Shown piece after piece: positions 1 through 10,088 of a stretch of 64,000 bases of DNA (position 1 is its first letter; every line of letters starts with the position of its first letter). The notes under the pieces were generated by a model, which was not told the origin of the DNA, did no database searches, and saw only the letters and a program-made list of their open reading frames with translations. Made by a program: the position numbers and the translations under genes. The stretch comes from a virus. The DNA is taken from the IMG/VR virus record IMGVR_UViG_3300027668_001405, positions 73,798-137,797 of that record; one strand, 5' to 3'.

Positions 1-2
1 TT

Positions 3-767
3 GAATACAAACATCATTTGTATCCTGAAGTAAACAAGCGTTGTAAAGACTTTATACAAAAATGGGGCGACAGTACAAAAGAACCTACTCGAGCAGATAC
101 AGAGCATGCACAAGGTCGCTTAGAAGAAGATTTTGAAGATGCCAATACAATTATTGATAATACTAGGCTACCTTGGGTACCAGTAAACATTTCAGTACCA
201 TGGAAGGACATTTGGTTAGAAGCTAGGCACTTGTTATACACCGAGTGCTTTACACCACACAGAACTGACGGCAGTGCAGGTTGGCTTAGTTTATGTATAC
301 ATGGCATGTCGTCTGTGCATACAAACTGTGCAGAAGATTATAACTTGCCAGACGAAGCAGAAGAAGAATTAAGCGAATGGACAGACATAGCAAAGTTCTG
401 CCCAATTACAGTTGAGTGGATGAAAGATGCAATGTTGTATGAGCAGTTTACTCGTGTAAGATTTATGTGTGTATTACCGGGTGGCTGGATTGAGCCTCAC
501 CGAGACACAGACAAAGTAGCTGGATTAGGTGCAACTAATGTTGCTATCAACAATCCAGATGGATGTAGACTAATTATGGAACAATATGGCGAGCTACCAT
601 TTACACCTGGATCTGTTTTTAAAATAAATACTGGATATAATCATATGGTATATAATGATAGTAACGAGCCACGTTTTCATATGATATTTGACGGTCGACC
701 AGATGACACGTTTAAAAGGAAAGTAAACACTCAATATAATTGGATGTTCGACAAAAAGAAGAAATAA
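3..767 (+). CDS. Asp/Asn beta-hydroxylase-like 2OG-Fe(II) oxygenase (5' partial)
   Basis: RVRFMCVLPGGWIEPHRD (HxD) and distal NHMVYN..EPRFHMIFD motifs. The frame is open to the window edge (EYKHHLYPE), so the TTG at 18 is probably not the true start. Confidence 0.8.
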   Translation, partial: EYKHHLYPEVNKRCKDFIQKWGDSTKEPTRADTEHAQGRLEEDFEDANTIIDNTRLPWVPVNISVPWKDIWLEARHLLYTECFTPHRTDGSAGWLSLCIHGMSSVHTNCAEDYNLPDEAEEELSEWTDIAKFCPITVEWMKDAMLYEQFTRVRFMCVLPGGWIEPHRDTDKVAGLGATNVAINNPDGCRLIMEQYGELPFTPGSVFKINTGYNHMVYNDSNEPRFHMIFDGRPDDTFKRKVNTQYNWMFDKKKK

Positions 768-769
768 TT

Positions 770-1822
770 ATGCCAAAGTGTTTAATGTTTAAAAATGGTG
801 TTACAATAGGACCGATCGGAAACGTTCGTCCTTGTTGTATGTACATGAATGACGACATTGAACAACGTTATAATGAAGATGGGTGGCGAGAAAAGTTTGA
901 CGAACTATACGAACAAAGTCTAACTAAATGGCTGCCTAACTGTTATGAATGTAAAGCAGAAGAAGACCGAGGTGGCAACAGTCTACGCATGGATGCTAAC
1001 AAATGGTTTGACGGTAAAGAAGGAATTCAATATTGGGATTTAAAATTGCACAACACATGTAATCTTACGTGTGTAATGTGTAATCCAATAAGCAGTAGCA
1101 AATGGCAGAAGCTAGTAAATGAGAATCCTGAAGAAGATTTCTTACGTGTTGTTAAAAGCGAAGCAAAGATTAAAACAGGGTGGCATAAAGATATACTTCC
1201 ATTAATGATGGAACAGCTATATGACACTAAGTATTTAAAGTTTACAGGCGGAGAGCCTTTCTTAATACCACATGTAAGAAAGATTATTAAACGTTTGTAT
1301 GAAGAAGAAGTATCACCAGCAGTACGACTAAGTATTATTACAAACGGCACAGTTCCAATTGATGCTGAAATGCTTAAAATGTTACTAACGTTTAAAGACG
1401 TAGTATTCCTAGTAAGCATAGATGGAATAGAAGAACGCTTTGAGTATATAAGACAAGGCGCTAACTGGAAAGAAGTAGAACAGAACCTAAAGACATTTAA
1501 GGAAATTGAGGTGAATAATAACAACTTCCACCTCAACATAAATTACTTGCCTATGTCAATAAATGCCGCACAAAACGAATCAGCAACAGAATGGGCTAAG
1601 AAGTTAAAAATTAACCTTAGTAAGAGTGTTGAAATATATAGGCCAAAGTATTTGACATATGCCAGTTTAAGTGTTAAACTAAGGGATAGATATAATATAA
1701 CCTCAGTACATGAGTATGACGAGGAGCAATATAACCAATTATTAAAACATATGGCTATAAAAGATAAGTTACTAGGCACCGACTTTAAGAGTGCTTGCCC
1801 GGAGTTCTTTGAAGATGAGTAA
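770..1822 (+). CDS. Radical SAM protein with N-terminal twitch-like domain
   Basis: N-terminal C..VRPCC..CYEC, then CNLTCVMC, FTGGEP, ITNGT, SIDG. ATG at 770 follows the upstream stop. Confidence 0.9.
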   Translation: MPKCLMFKNGVTIGPIGNVRPCCMYMNDDIEQRYNEDGWREKFDELYEQSLTKWLPNCYECKAEEDRGGNSLRMDANKWFDGKEGIQYWDLKLHNTCNLTCVMCNPISSSKWQKLVNENPEEDFLRVVKSEAKIKTGWHKDILPLMMEQLYDTKYLKFTGGEPFLIPHVRKIIKRLYEEEVSPAVRLSIITNGTVPIDAEMLKMLLTFKDVVFLVSIDGIEERFEYIRQGANWKEVEQNLKTFKEIEVNNNNFHLNINYLPMSINAAQNESATEWAKKLKINLSKSVEIYRPKYLTYASLSVKLRDRYNITSVHEYDEEQYNQLLKHMAIKDKLLGTDFKSACPEFFEDE

Positions 1823-3041
1823 AAAATTACCCAGCGATACTTTTTGTGTATTGCCATTTATGCATGCCGCAGTTAATCCTGGTGGTGGCTTTCGTGTTTG
1901 TTGTAACAGCAATCCAGCTAACAACAAGGTACTAAGAGATGACGGAAGTGGTAAAGCATATAGAATATTCAAAGACGACATTAACGAAATGTGGAACAGT
2001 CAATGGCTACAAAAGATTCGTAAGGAATTTATTGCAGGCGAACGTCCTGAAACTTGCCAGAGATGTTTCCGTGAAGAAGATGCAGGCATACGTAGTCCAC
2101 GTGCAGGTTATAATGAAAAGTGGTACAAGGAAGATGTTAAAGTAGCAGAAGTAATTCCATTAGACATACGTTATGTAGATCTACGTTTGGGTAACTTGTG
2201 CAACTTGAAGTGTCGTATGTGTAATCCATGGAGCTCTAGCATGTGGGTAAAGGATTGGAACAAAGTTACTGGAACAGCAGAGCTTACACCAAACGAACCA
2301 CTAAGCAAATCAGACCTTGAGTTTATGGAAGTAATGCAGGAATGGCCAGACCGTAAACAAACTGGTGTTAACTTTGTAGAGATTGCAAGCACTATAGAAG
2401 AAATATATTTAACAGGTGGAGAGCCTACTTTAGCTATATCGCAGTATGCATTATTTGACTATTGTATTGAGAATGATTTAGCCAGCAATATTAAACTAAA
2501 ATACAATACTAACCTAACAAACATTCCACAGAAAATGATTGACTATTGGAGTCACTTCAAAGGTGTGCAACTTAATTGTAGTATTGATGCAACAGGTGCC
2601 AGAGACAGGTACGTTAGGTATCCAAGTAGTTGGATGAAAATAGAACAAACATTTGATAAGCTATTAGCACTACCTAATGTAGGTATTCAAGTGCATTGTA
2701 CAGTACAAGTATTAAATATGTGTGCTATGAGTGAATTGTTTGATTGGACTAGAAGCAAAGGTATACCAGACAAAGATATATACTTAAACATTCTTAATCA
2801 TCCTGAGATGTACAATATTCGTACACTACCTACAGACTTAAAACAACTAGCAGAACAACGTTTACAGAATTATTTAGACATTCCAAAAGTTGCAGACTGC
2901 ATTAAGTATATGTGGGCTGAAGATTGGTATGATAAGCGTTGGCAAGAGTTTATTGACTTTAACAATAAGACAGATCAACTACAGAAAGGTAACCTACTTG
3001 AGGTGTGTCCAGAATTTACTAATTATATTGACCATAAATAG
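1815..3041 (+). CDS. Radical SAM protein with N-terminal twitch-like domain
   Basis: FCVLPF..RVCC..CQRC, DLRLGNLCNLKCRMC, LTGGEP, YNTN. GGAG at 1801 and ATG overlapping the previous stop. Confidence 0.92.
   Translation: MSKKLPSDTFCVLPFMHAAVNPGGGFRVCCNSNPANNKVLRDDGSGKAYRIFKDDINEMWNSQWLQKIRKEFIAGERPETCQRCFREEDAGIRSPRAGYNEKWYKEDVKVAEVIPLDIRYVDLRLGNLCNLKCRMCNPWSSSMWVKDWNKVTGTAELTPNEPLSKSDLEFMEVMQEWPDRKQTGVNFVEIASTIEEIYLTGGEPTLAISQYALFDYCIENDLASNIKLKYNTNLTNIPQKMIDYWSHFKGVQLNCSIDATGARDRYVRYPSSWMKIEQTFDKLLALPNVGIQVHCTVQVLNMCAMSELFDWTRSKGIPDKDIYLNILNHPEMYNIRTLPTDLKQLAEQRLQNYLDIPKVADCIKYMWAEDWYDKRWQEFIDFNNKTDQLQKGNLLEVCPEFTNYIDHK
3033..3040 (+). promoter_or_regulatory. Putative T4-like late promoter (CATAAATA)
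   Basis: Matches the TATAAATA-type motif and lies directly upstream of SD GGGGAG and the ATG at 3060. Confidence 0.5.
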
Positions 3042-3059
3042 TAGAAAGGGGAGAACAAC

Positions 3060-3740
3060 ATGGAATATTTAGATATATTAAAAAATAGAAGTACTACGTT
3101 CAGCTGGACAACCGAGATGATTCCAGATGATGTGCTACTTGAAGTATGTGAAGAAGTACATTTATATTGCCCAAGTAAGAATAAGAAAATACCTTATGTA
3201 GTTCATATAGTTGAAAATACAGAGCAAGAACAACGCAAAACAATACACTTAGCTTGTCATCGAAATACTGATAAATCTACAGCAGAAGATGGCGGCAATC
3301 CACAAGTATTAGCTCCTACCCTAATAGCATTTGTTAAACGTGAGGTTGAAGAAGCAGAAACAAGATACCAAACAATTGAGAAACGTGACGAACTAGGTAC
3401 TGCTAATACAGACAATATTGAAATTGGAATGGTTGCAGTAACATTTTTAAATGCACTTACTAGACGAGGATGGGATACAGGATTATGTCAATGTATAAGA
3501 GACAGAGACGGACTTGGAGCCTTGTTAGGTTTAGGCGGCCCAATAGATTTGTTTATTGGAGTAGGTAGACGAGAGTTAGAATCTACTGAAGGTGCTGTAA
3601 CAGAAAAAGTATTTGATGAATTTCATTGGCCAGCTTATAGAGATCCAAGAGATGACTTAATGAAGAAAATTCCATATCCGTATGGAATGAATCCGTATCC
3701 AAAACCGGAATTCAATGACGTATATAAAATTAAAAAGTAA
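3060..3740 (+). CDS. Nitroreductase-fold protein
   Basis: ILKNRSTTFSW (R-S-x-x-F FMN-binding start), CPSKN, IEIGM..GWDTGLC..LFIGVG. Confidence 0.6.
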   Translation: MEYLDILKNRSTTFSWTTEMIPDDVLLEVCEEVHLYCPSKNKKIPYVVHIVENTEQEQRKTIHLACHRNTDKSTAEDGGNPQVLAPTLIAFVKREVEEAETRYQTIEKRDELGTANTDNIEIGMVAVTFLNALTRRGWDTGLCQCIRDRDGLGALLGLGGPIDLFIGVGRRELESTEGAVTEKVFDEFHWPAYRDPRDDLMKKIPYPYGMNPYPKPEFNDVYKIKK

Positions 3741-3749
3741 AGACACACT

Positions 3750-4313
3750 ATGAGAATAATTGCAACAGGAAACCCTAACTTTGGCGTAGCAAGTGCTATC
3801 GCTGAACGATGGCCAGAAACTACATTTGTTAATAGAACAGATTGGGGCTACGATTTATGCCAAGATGGATACAAAAAGAAGCTAGCAGAAAAGACTCTTA
3901 ACTATGACGTCTTTATTAACTGTTCCGCACTATGGCAGTACCACCAAACTCTCCTACTAGATGTAGTCTATAAAAACGCTTTAAAGAACCGTAAACGACT
4001 ACATATAGTTAGTTTAGGTAGCACTACTGACCGGGCCACTAAAGGCTCTGATTGGCACTATCAGCAAGAAAAGAAAGCGTTACGTAGTACAAGCAACGCA
4101 TTGGGCTTAAAAAGCATATGGGCAGGCGGTCCTAAGGTAAGTTATGTTACATTTGGAACACTTGAGAACAATGCACACAAGCACCCAGGTAGAGCTGTAA
4201 TGCAACTAAGTGAAGCAGTAGATATGATTGAATATGTAATTAGTCTTCCAGATCATTTAAACCTAAATGAAATAAGCATGGACCCAATACAAACAGAGTG
4301 GCCGAATGTCTGA
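3750..4313 (+). CDS. Short-chain dehydrogenase/reductase-like protein
   Basis: IIATGNPNFGVA Rossmann start, VFINCS, IVSLGS, YxxxK (YQQEK). Confidence 0.75.
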   Translation: MRIIATGNPNFGVASAIAERWPETTFVNRTDWGYDLCQDGYKKKLAEKTLNYDVFINCSALWQYHQTLLLDVVYKNALKNRKRLHIVSLGSTTDRATKGSDWHYQQEKKALRSTSNALGLKSIWAGGPKVSYVTFGTLENNAHKHPGRAVMQLSEAVDMIEYVISLPDHLNLNEISMDPIQTEWPNV

Positions 4314-5484
4314 AGATAAAATGTGCTACATGCCTTGGCACGGAATTACGCTGAGTGCTAATGGCGATATTAAACCTTGTTGTCAATTTAGTAACAAAGG
4401 ACGTAGACCTAATACTGAACACGACACTATTATGGAAAACTTTAATAGTGAACGTATGCAAGAATTACGTGGACAGTTTCTAATAGGTGAACAACCTAAA
4501 GCATGTAACAGTTGTTGGGAGAGAGAAGACTTAGTAGGCAAGAGTAGACGCTTATGGTTCAATGAAAAGTTTATGAAAGACGACGAAGCTTTTCAACAAG
4601 GATACAACCCGTCAGACCTAGTAGTACCTAATCCTAAATTATATCAAGCAGATATTAACTTGTCAAACGTATGCAATTTGAAGTGTCGTATGTGTGGAAG
4701 TTGGGCCAGTAACAGTTGGTTCAAAGAAGAAATAGCACTAGCAAAAATAGACAAACGTTATGAGAAGAATGAACGTGTTGTTCCAATACAACAATACGAC
4801 TTAGAAGATTTACGCAATATGCTACCTCACTTGAAAGAAGTCAAACGTATAGACTTCAAGGGTGGCGAGCCTATGATGGCAAAGCATCACAATCAATTCC
4901 TGCAATGGCTTATTGAAGAAGATATGACAGACATAGAATTGTTTTACACTACCAACGGAACAGTACAGAATCCTAAAATTATGGACTTGCTCAAACACTT
5001 CAAACGTGTTAGTATATGTTTTAGTATAGAAGGTACTGGAGATTTATATAGATACATCAGAGGCGGTAGGTATGACATAGAAGGTTTTGAAAAATGCGTA
5101 GCAGTTTACGACAAATTAGAAAACGTACAAATTATGTTTAATGTAACATTACAGAACTATAACGTATTCAACTTGCCTGAACTACATGAGTTTTTACACG
5201 ATTTAGAAGATAAATATAACAGAGTAAGTGCTAAACATAGTTTTGGTACAATCTGTAATAAACCTGCTTACCTAAGCCCAATTAATTTACCAGACGATTT
5301 ACGTGATCAAGCAGTTGAGCGTTTATCATTATATGAAGATTTCGACCAATTGGTAAAGAGTATGAATAAGCGTGTATTCGACCCAGAACTATGGGAAGTG
5401 TTTATTAACTTTACTAACGACCTAGACAAAATGCGAGGAGACAGTGTGTTAAAATCTGTGCCTGAGCTAAAGGATCATTTTTAA
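4306..5484 (+). CDS. Radical SAM protein with N-terminal twitch-like domain
   Basis: CYMPW..IKPCC..CNSC, CNLKCRMC, FKGGEP, YTTNGT. Confidence 0.92.
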   Translation: MSEDKMCYMPWHGITLSANGDIKPCCQFSNKGRRPNTEHDTIMENFNSERMQELRGQFLIGEQPKACNSCWEREDLVGKSRRLWFNEKFMKDDEAFQQGYNPSDLVVPNPKLYQADINLSNVCNLKCRMCGSWASNSWFKEEIALAKIDKRYEKNERVVPIQQYDLEDLRNMLPHLKEVKRIDFKGGEPMMAKHHNQFLQWLIEEDMTDIELFYTTNGTVQNPKIMDLLKHFKRVSICFSIEGTGDLYRYIRGGRYDIEGFEKCVAVYDKLENVQIMFNVTLQNYNVFNLPELHEFLHDLEDKYNRVSAKHSFGTICNKPAYLSPINLPDDLRDQAVERLSLYEDFDQLVKSMNKRVFDPELWEVFINFTNDLDKMRGDSVLKSVPELKDHF

Positions 5485-6203
5485 TGCTAGTAGGAATTGA
5501 AGACAACCATGCACCCAAAGACGAGTTACTTCGAGTAGAATGGAACTTAGGCAAACGTTGTAACTATAACTGTAGCTACTGTGGTAACGAACTACATAAC
5601 AAGACAAGCGACCATATGAATTGGGAAGTGTACACAGCTACAATTGATAAAATTGTTGCGGCAGCTAATGGCAAGAAGATTAAAATTAGTTTTACAGGTG
5701 GGGAACCATTTGTACATCCACAATTTATTGATATGATGAAGTATGCTAAAGAGAATGGCGTATACAGATTAAGTGTAACTACCAACGGAAGTCCACCACC
5801 AAAGATATATAAGAAAGCATTGCCGTACTTGCATTACGTAGTAATAAGCTACCACTTTGAATTTGCTTACCACGACAAAGTTATTAATAACATTGTAGGC
5901 ATGTGGTCAGACATTCAAGAGTATCGCAAGCAAGATCAGTGGAAAGGTATGCACGTACACATTATGGCACTACCTGGAAAGCTAGCACAATGGCAAGAGA
6001 TTATAACAGAATTAAAAGACTGTGGAGTTGAATATACAATACGTAAAATTAGACCACGTGTTAACATGGCTCGAACAGGCTGGAACAAACCACATCAAGA
6101 TGGAATGTTAGGGCAACACCCTACTCACGAAGAAACCGAGAAGTATGCAGGACAATATTATAGTCCGGAAGAAGAGGAATGGCTTACTGCCCAAAATGCT
6201 TAA
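5484..6203 (+). CDS. Radical SAM core only (N-terminal part of an apparently split paralog of 10078..11265)
   Basis: VEWNLGKRCNYNCSYC, FTGGEP, TTNGS, ISYHFEF. It has no auxiliary Cys domain. Confidence 0.88.
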   Translation: MLVGIEDNHAPKDELLRVEWNLGKRCNYNCSYCGNELHNKTSDHMNWEVYTATIDKIVAAANGKKIKISFTGGEPFVHPQFIDMMKYAKENGVYRLSVTTNGSPPPKIYKKALPYLHYVVISYHFEFAYHDKVINNIVGMWSDIQEYRKQDQWKGMHVHIMALPGKLAQWQEIITELKDCGVEYTIRKIRPRVNMARTGWNKPHQDGMLGQHPTHEETEKYAGQYYSPEEEEWLTAQNA

Positions 6204-6822
6204 TCAATCAGATGACAAATTGGAAATTGAACTAACTAGCAAGTGTGCATTACAATGCCCAGCTTGTGCAAGAGTGACACAATCTGATATGAAACAAGAA
6301 TGGGATGCAGGACATTTAAGCAAAGAATTATTATTTAGAATATGTGACACTACAAACTTTCATAGATATCAATTTGTAGGTTGTTACGGAGATCCTATAT
6401 ACCATCCTGACTTTTTGGAAATATGTAAATATTTTATGGCAGCAGGTAAGAAGATACTAGTGCATACAAATGGTAGTGCAAAGCCAGAAAAGTTTTGGAA
6501 GGAAGCAGCAGACATAGTTTGGAAAGGATGTATATTTACATTCAGCGTTGATGGACTAGAAGATACTAACCACATATATCGTAAGGGTTCTAAGTGGAAG
6601 CAAATATTAACAGCAATGAAATATATGGCTAGTATACCTAGAGAAAACAGACCAACATTAGAATGGAAGTTTTTAGTATTCCCATACAATAAGCATCAAA
6701 TAGAAGAAGCACGTACACTAGCAAACGAGCTAGGGTTTACAAAGTTTGAAGCATGGGATAGTTATAGAAATGCTAATTCTTATAACGTACCAGCAGAGGA
6801 GCTTCATAACTATGTTTCATAA
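6196..6822 (+). CDS. Radical SAM core only
   Basis: IELTSKCALQCPAC, GCYGDP, HTNGS, FSVDGLEDTNHIYR, WKFLVFPYN. ATG at 6196 overlaps the upstream stop. Confidence 0.88.
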   Translation: MLNQSDDKLEIELTSKCALQCPACARVTQSDMKQEWDAGHLSKELLFRICDTTNFHRYQFVGCYGDPIYHPDFLEICKYFMAAGKKILVHTNGSAKPEKFWKEAADIVWKGCIFTFSVDGLEDTNHIYRKGSKWKQILTAMKYMASIPRENRPTLEWKFLVFPYNKHQIEEARTLANELGFTKFEAWDSYRNANSYNVPAEELHNYVS

Positions 6823-7141
6823 GAATTTAGATCCTCAGTGTAGAAAAGAGAACATGCAGGAAAAGAATAATATTCAGCTTAGTGCTACTGGTTATTTAAA
6901 ACCTTGTTGTTTTTATGGTACAAGCATTAACTGGAAACAGCTAATGACATGGGCAGACAATCGAGGACTTGATATAGAGAATTTGAATATTACTAAACAT
7001 AGTGTAGAGAAGATATATAACTCTCCATTATGGGCAAACATGTTGCTAGGACAAGTTACAGGCGACTTACCAACTCCATGTTGGGACCTGTGCAGAGTTA
7101 ATAGCACAAATAAAATAGATGTAAAAAAACATGCAAAATAG
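6812..7141 (+). CDS. Free-standing SPASM/twitch-like Fe-S domain protein
   Basis: PQC..GYLKPCCFY..PCWDLC. AGGAG SD upstream of ATG 6812. Confidence 0.75.
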   Translation: MFHKNLDPQCRKENMQEKNNIQLSATGYLKPCCFYGTSINWKQLMTWADNRGLDIENLNITKHSVEKIYNSPLWANMLLGQVTGDLPTPCWDLCRVNSTNKIDVKKHAK

Positions 7142-8438
7142 AGACCACGAACAACTAGCAATAAAGGAAGCTAAGGCCTGGTTACTCGAGCCTGGTAATA
7201 ACTTCTGTGCTATGCCGTTTATACATATGGCAATTGAAGCCACTGGCGACATACGTCCATGTTGCATGGGCAAGCCTTTAGAAGGAATGAGTATAATAGG
7301 TAGTACAGTTGCAGAACAGTTCAGGTCTCCAATAAGAGAAGAGTTTGTAGAAAAATTTAGAAACAATTCAAAGCCAGCTGAGTGTTCAGCGTGTTGGAAA
7401 GATCCTTTTATTAGAGCAAAGTTTTCAACCTCACCTGGAGCATTATCATCTACAATAAATTTTATGAACACTGGATCTATTGAGAAAGAACTAATATGGT
7501 TAGAGATTAAGCCGGGCAATAGATGTAATTTAAAGTGCAGGATATGTGGAGTACACAACAGTAGTGCATGGGCAAAAGATGCTAACTCATTACGCAATTT
7601 TAAATTTGGCGAGAATGTTCCTTTTAAAGAAAGTGAAGCATTCCAAGTAACACAAGCTGGCGAGTGGATTGAAGATGAAAACTTCTGGACTCAACTGTCT
7701 GGATTTGAGTCTATTGAGTTTTTACATTTTATGGGCGGAGAACCTTTTATGGTACCTGAACATTTTCAAATGCTAGAACACCTGGTTGCAATGCCACACT
7801 TGGATACATCAAGAATAACGTTAGCTTACAATACAAATGGCACATATTTTCCTAGCGAAGAGAACTTAGAACTATATAAGAATTTTAAGAAAGTACATAT
7901 GTCACTAAGTATAGACGACTTTGGACCTAGATTTGAATATCAACGTAAACTAGCTGAATGGGACCAAGTAAAAGAGAACCTTAGAAAGTTTGCTTTATTA
8001 GGAGAAGATGATAAGTTCTTTGTTAATCTAGATCCTACTGTAAGTAACTATAACATATTTTACATGGCAGAGATTTGGGACGAGTTCACTAAACTTGGCT
8101 TTAGGTTTCAAAGAGGTGGATTGAATCATTTTGTATTTACTGGTCCAGATGCAATTATTAATATTCCAGTTGAGATGAAGAAAATAATAACTGATAAATA
8201 TGAGTATGCACGTACAAATACAGGACTTGTTGAAGCCTATACAGTGTCAGCAATAGATTACATGAATAGTCAAAGACCAAATCCTGAAGCTTGGAGTGAC
8301 TTCATAAATAAAACTATGCACTTGGACAGTATCAGAAAAGAATCGTTTGAACAGACGTTTCCAGAGATGCATGCACTAATAAAGGGTACAGATGGTTTTA
8401 AGAGACAGATGGCTATAATGGAATCCATGAATGAATAA
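7131..8438 (+). CDS. Radical SAM protein with N-terminal twitch-like domain
   Basis: FCAMPF..IRPCC..CSAC, CNLKCRIC, FMGGEP, YNTNGT, LSIDD. Confidence 0.92.
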   Translation: MQNRDHEQLAIKEAKAWLLEPGNNFCAMPFIHMAIEATGDIRPCCMGKPLEGMSIIGSTVAEQFRSPIREEFVEKFRNNSKPAECSACWKDPFIRAKFSTSPGALSSTINFMNTGSIEKELIWLEIKPGNRCNLKCRICGVHNSSAWAKDANSLRNFKFGENVPFKESEAFQVTQAGEWIEDENFWTQLSGFESIEFLHFMGGEPFMVPEHFQMLEHLVAMPHLDTSRITLAYNTNGTYFPSEENLELYKNFKKVHMSLSIDDFGPRFEYQRKLAEWDQVKENLRKFALLGEDDKFFVNLDPTVSNYNIFYMAEIWDEFTKLGFRFQRGGLNHFVFTGPDAIINIPVEMKKIITDKYEYARTNTGLVEAYTVSAIDYMNSQRPNPEAWSDFINKTMHLDSIRKESFEQTFPEMHALIKGTDGFKRQMAIMESMNE

Positions 8439-8793
8439 TTTTAAAAACTTAATCAAGCACTATGATGATAAACCGTCTGAAGAGGATAACGCAAACAATG
8501 TTATGGCTCGTGATGAGAATGATTTCCGTGGATGGGAATGTTGGGCAGGAGTACAAAACATTACTATTAGTAATACGGGAGATGTGTACAGAGCAATATG
8601 TAAAGTGGGTGGTAAACTTGGAAACATTTATGATGGATTTGAGATGCCCCAAGAAACAATTATATGTAATAAGCCTAGATGTATTTGTTCAGCAGATGTG
8701 CAGTTATCTAAAGCGTTACCAGAGCACGTACATAAATTAAGAATAGGCAATGAATCAAACCAATTAAACTTTGATGACATATATAGATCATGA
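8431..8793 (+). CDS. Free-standing SPASM/twitch-like domain (C-terminal part of the split paralog)
   Basis: FRGWECWAG..GDVYRAIC..LGNI..ICNKPRCICSAD, collinear with the C-terminus of 10078..11265. Confidence 0.8.
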   Translation: MNNFKNLIKHYDDKPSEEDNANNVMARDENDFRGWECWAGVQNITISNTGDVYRAICKVGGKLGNIYDGFEMPQETIICNKPRCICSADVQLSKALPEHVHKLRIGNESNQLNFDDIYRS

Positions 8794-10088
8794 ACAATTA
8801 TAACAAATTTAAAGAACGAGCAATAGGCAAGCTACATGGGATGCCAGTAGACAAAGAAACATTTTGTCCACTACCATTTGTACATGTTAGCACAATGCCA
8901 CATGGTGAAGTTAAACTATGTTGTAGAGCTCAACCACCTAAGAACGGAACAAACCCTAACGTTAAGAATCCTGAGTTTAATCTTAAAGATTATTGGCACA
9001 GTGAATATATGAATGAGGTGCGTGATGACTTAATATTAGGTGTAAAGAATTCACAGTGTAGTAATTGCTGGAAGATGGAAGACAACGAAATTGTTAGTTT
9101 ACGTATGAATAGAATTACTGACTTAATGGACAACGATACATACAAACAGAATATAAACAAGTACCTAGTAGAACGTGAAGTAGATTTTAGTATTCCACTA
9201 ATTGAACTTAAACTAAGCAACGTGTGCAACTTTAAGTGTCGCATGTGTTGGCCAAAGGATAGTTCAAAGTGGGTAACAGACTGGGATAAAGTTTCTAAAT
9301 TTTACAGTGAAGGCGACCAGCGTTACATAGAAGAGATTGTAGATAGCAACGGCCTACGTAAATCTAGGGTAATGAATTTATATGAGAAGGATAAAGACTT
9401 TGTTGATCAATTACTTGAATTGATGTCAACAGTTGAAGAAATAGAATTTGCCGGAGGCGAACCATTAATGGATCCAATACATTATCGTGTATTAAACAAC
9501 ATACCAAATCCTGAGAATGTTACACTAAAATACAGCACAAACCTAAGCATTATGAAGATGGGCAAAAACAACGTAATTGACTTGTGGAAGAAGTTCAAGA
9601 GCATTAAACTTACAATTAGCATAGATGGATATAAAGATCTTAATGCTAAAATTAGACGTGGTGCTGACTGGGACCTACTAAAGCATAACATTGCACTTGT
9701 TAAAGAGCATTGTCCTAACATAGATGTAATCAAAGGATCAACATGTATTAGCGGTATGAACGCAGAAGACTTGGGCAAAACAGCTGAAGCTATTGTGTTT
9801 GAATTAGGTATACATTGGCACACAAGTCGTGTACAATGGCCCGATTTTTTACATGCTAACGTATTAAGCCCTGTACAACTAAAACGCGGTATTGATAGCT
9901 TACAGACGCTCTTAGACACCCTGCCGGGGCGTGATAACGTACCCAGACAGTTTATGATGGAAACACATATTAAAGGTGCAATGAGCTGGTTAGAGTCATG
10001 TATAGAGAAAAACGAACACCACAACAAATACACAAAATTTACTGAATTTAATGCAAAAATAACGGAGATGGATACAAATGGAAAATAA
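8790..10088 (+). CDS. Radical SAM protein with N-terminal twitch-like domain
   Basis: FCPLPF..VKLCC..CSNC, CNFKCRMC, FAGGEP, YSTN, ISIDG. Confidence 0.92.
   Translation: MNNYNKFKERAIGKLHGMPVDKETFCPLPFVHVSTMPHGEVKLCCRAQPPKNGTNPNVKNPEFNLKDYWHSEYMNEVRDDLILGVKNSQCSNCWKMEDNEIVSLRMNRITDLMDNDTYKQNINKYLVEREVDFSIPLIELKLSNVCNFKCRMCWPKDSSKWVTDWDKVSKFYSEGDQRYIEEIVDSNGLRKSRVMNLYEKDKDFVDQLLELMSTVEEIEFAGGEPLMDPIHYRVLNNIPNPENVTLKYSTNLSIMKMGKNNVIDLWKKFKSIKLTISIDGYKDLNAKIRRGADWDLLKHNIALVKEHCPNIDVIKGSTCISGMNAEDLGKTAEAIVFELGIHWHTSRVQWPDFLHANVLSPVQLKRGIDSLQTLLDTLPGRDNVPRQFMMETHIKGAMSWLESCIEKNEHHNKYTKFTEFNAKITEMDTNGK

Noticed and set aside
6199-8456. 9-bp direct repeat CTTAATCAA as a target-site duplication whose excision restores the split gene
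   Set aside because: Joining the two copies leaves the in-frame TAA of the upstream half, and no transposase or recombinase lies inside. Kept only as weak support for shared ancestry of the junctions.
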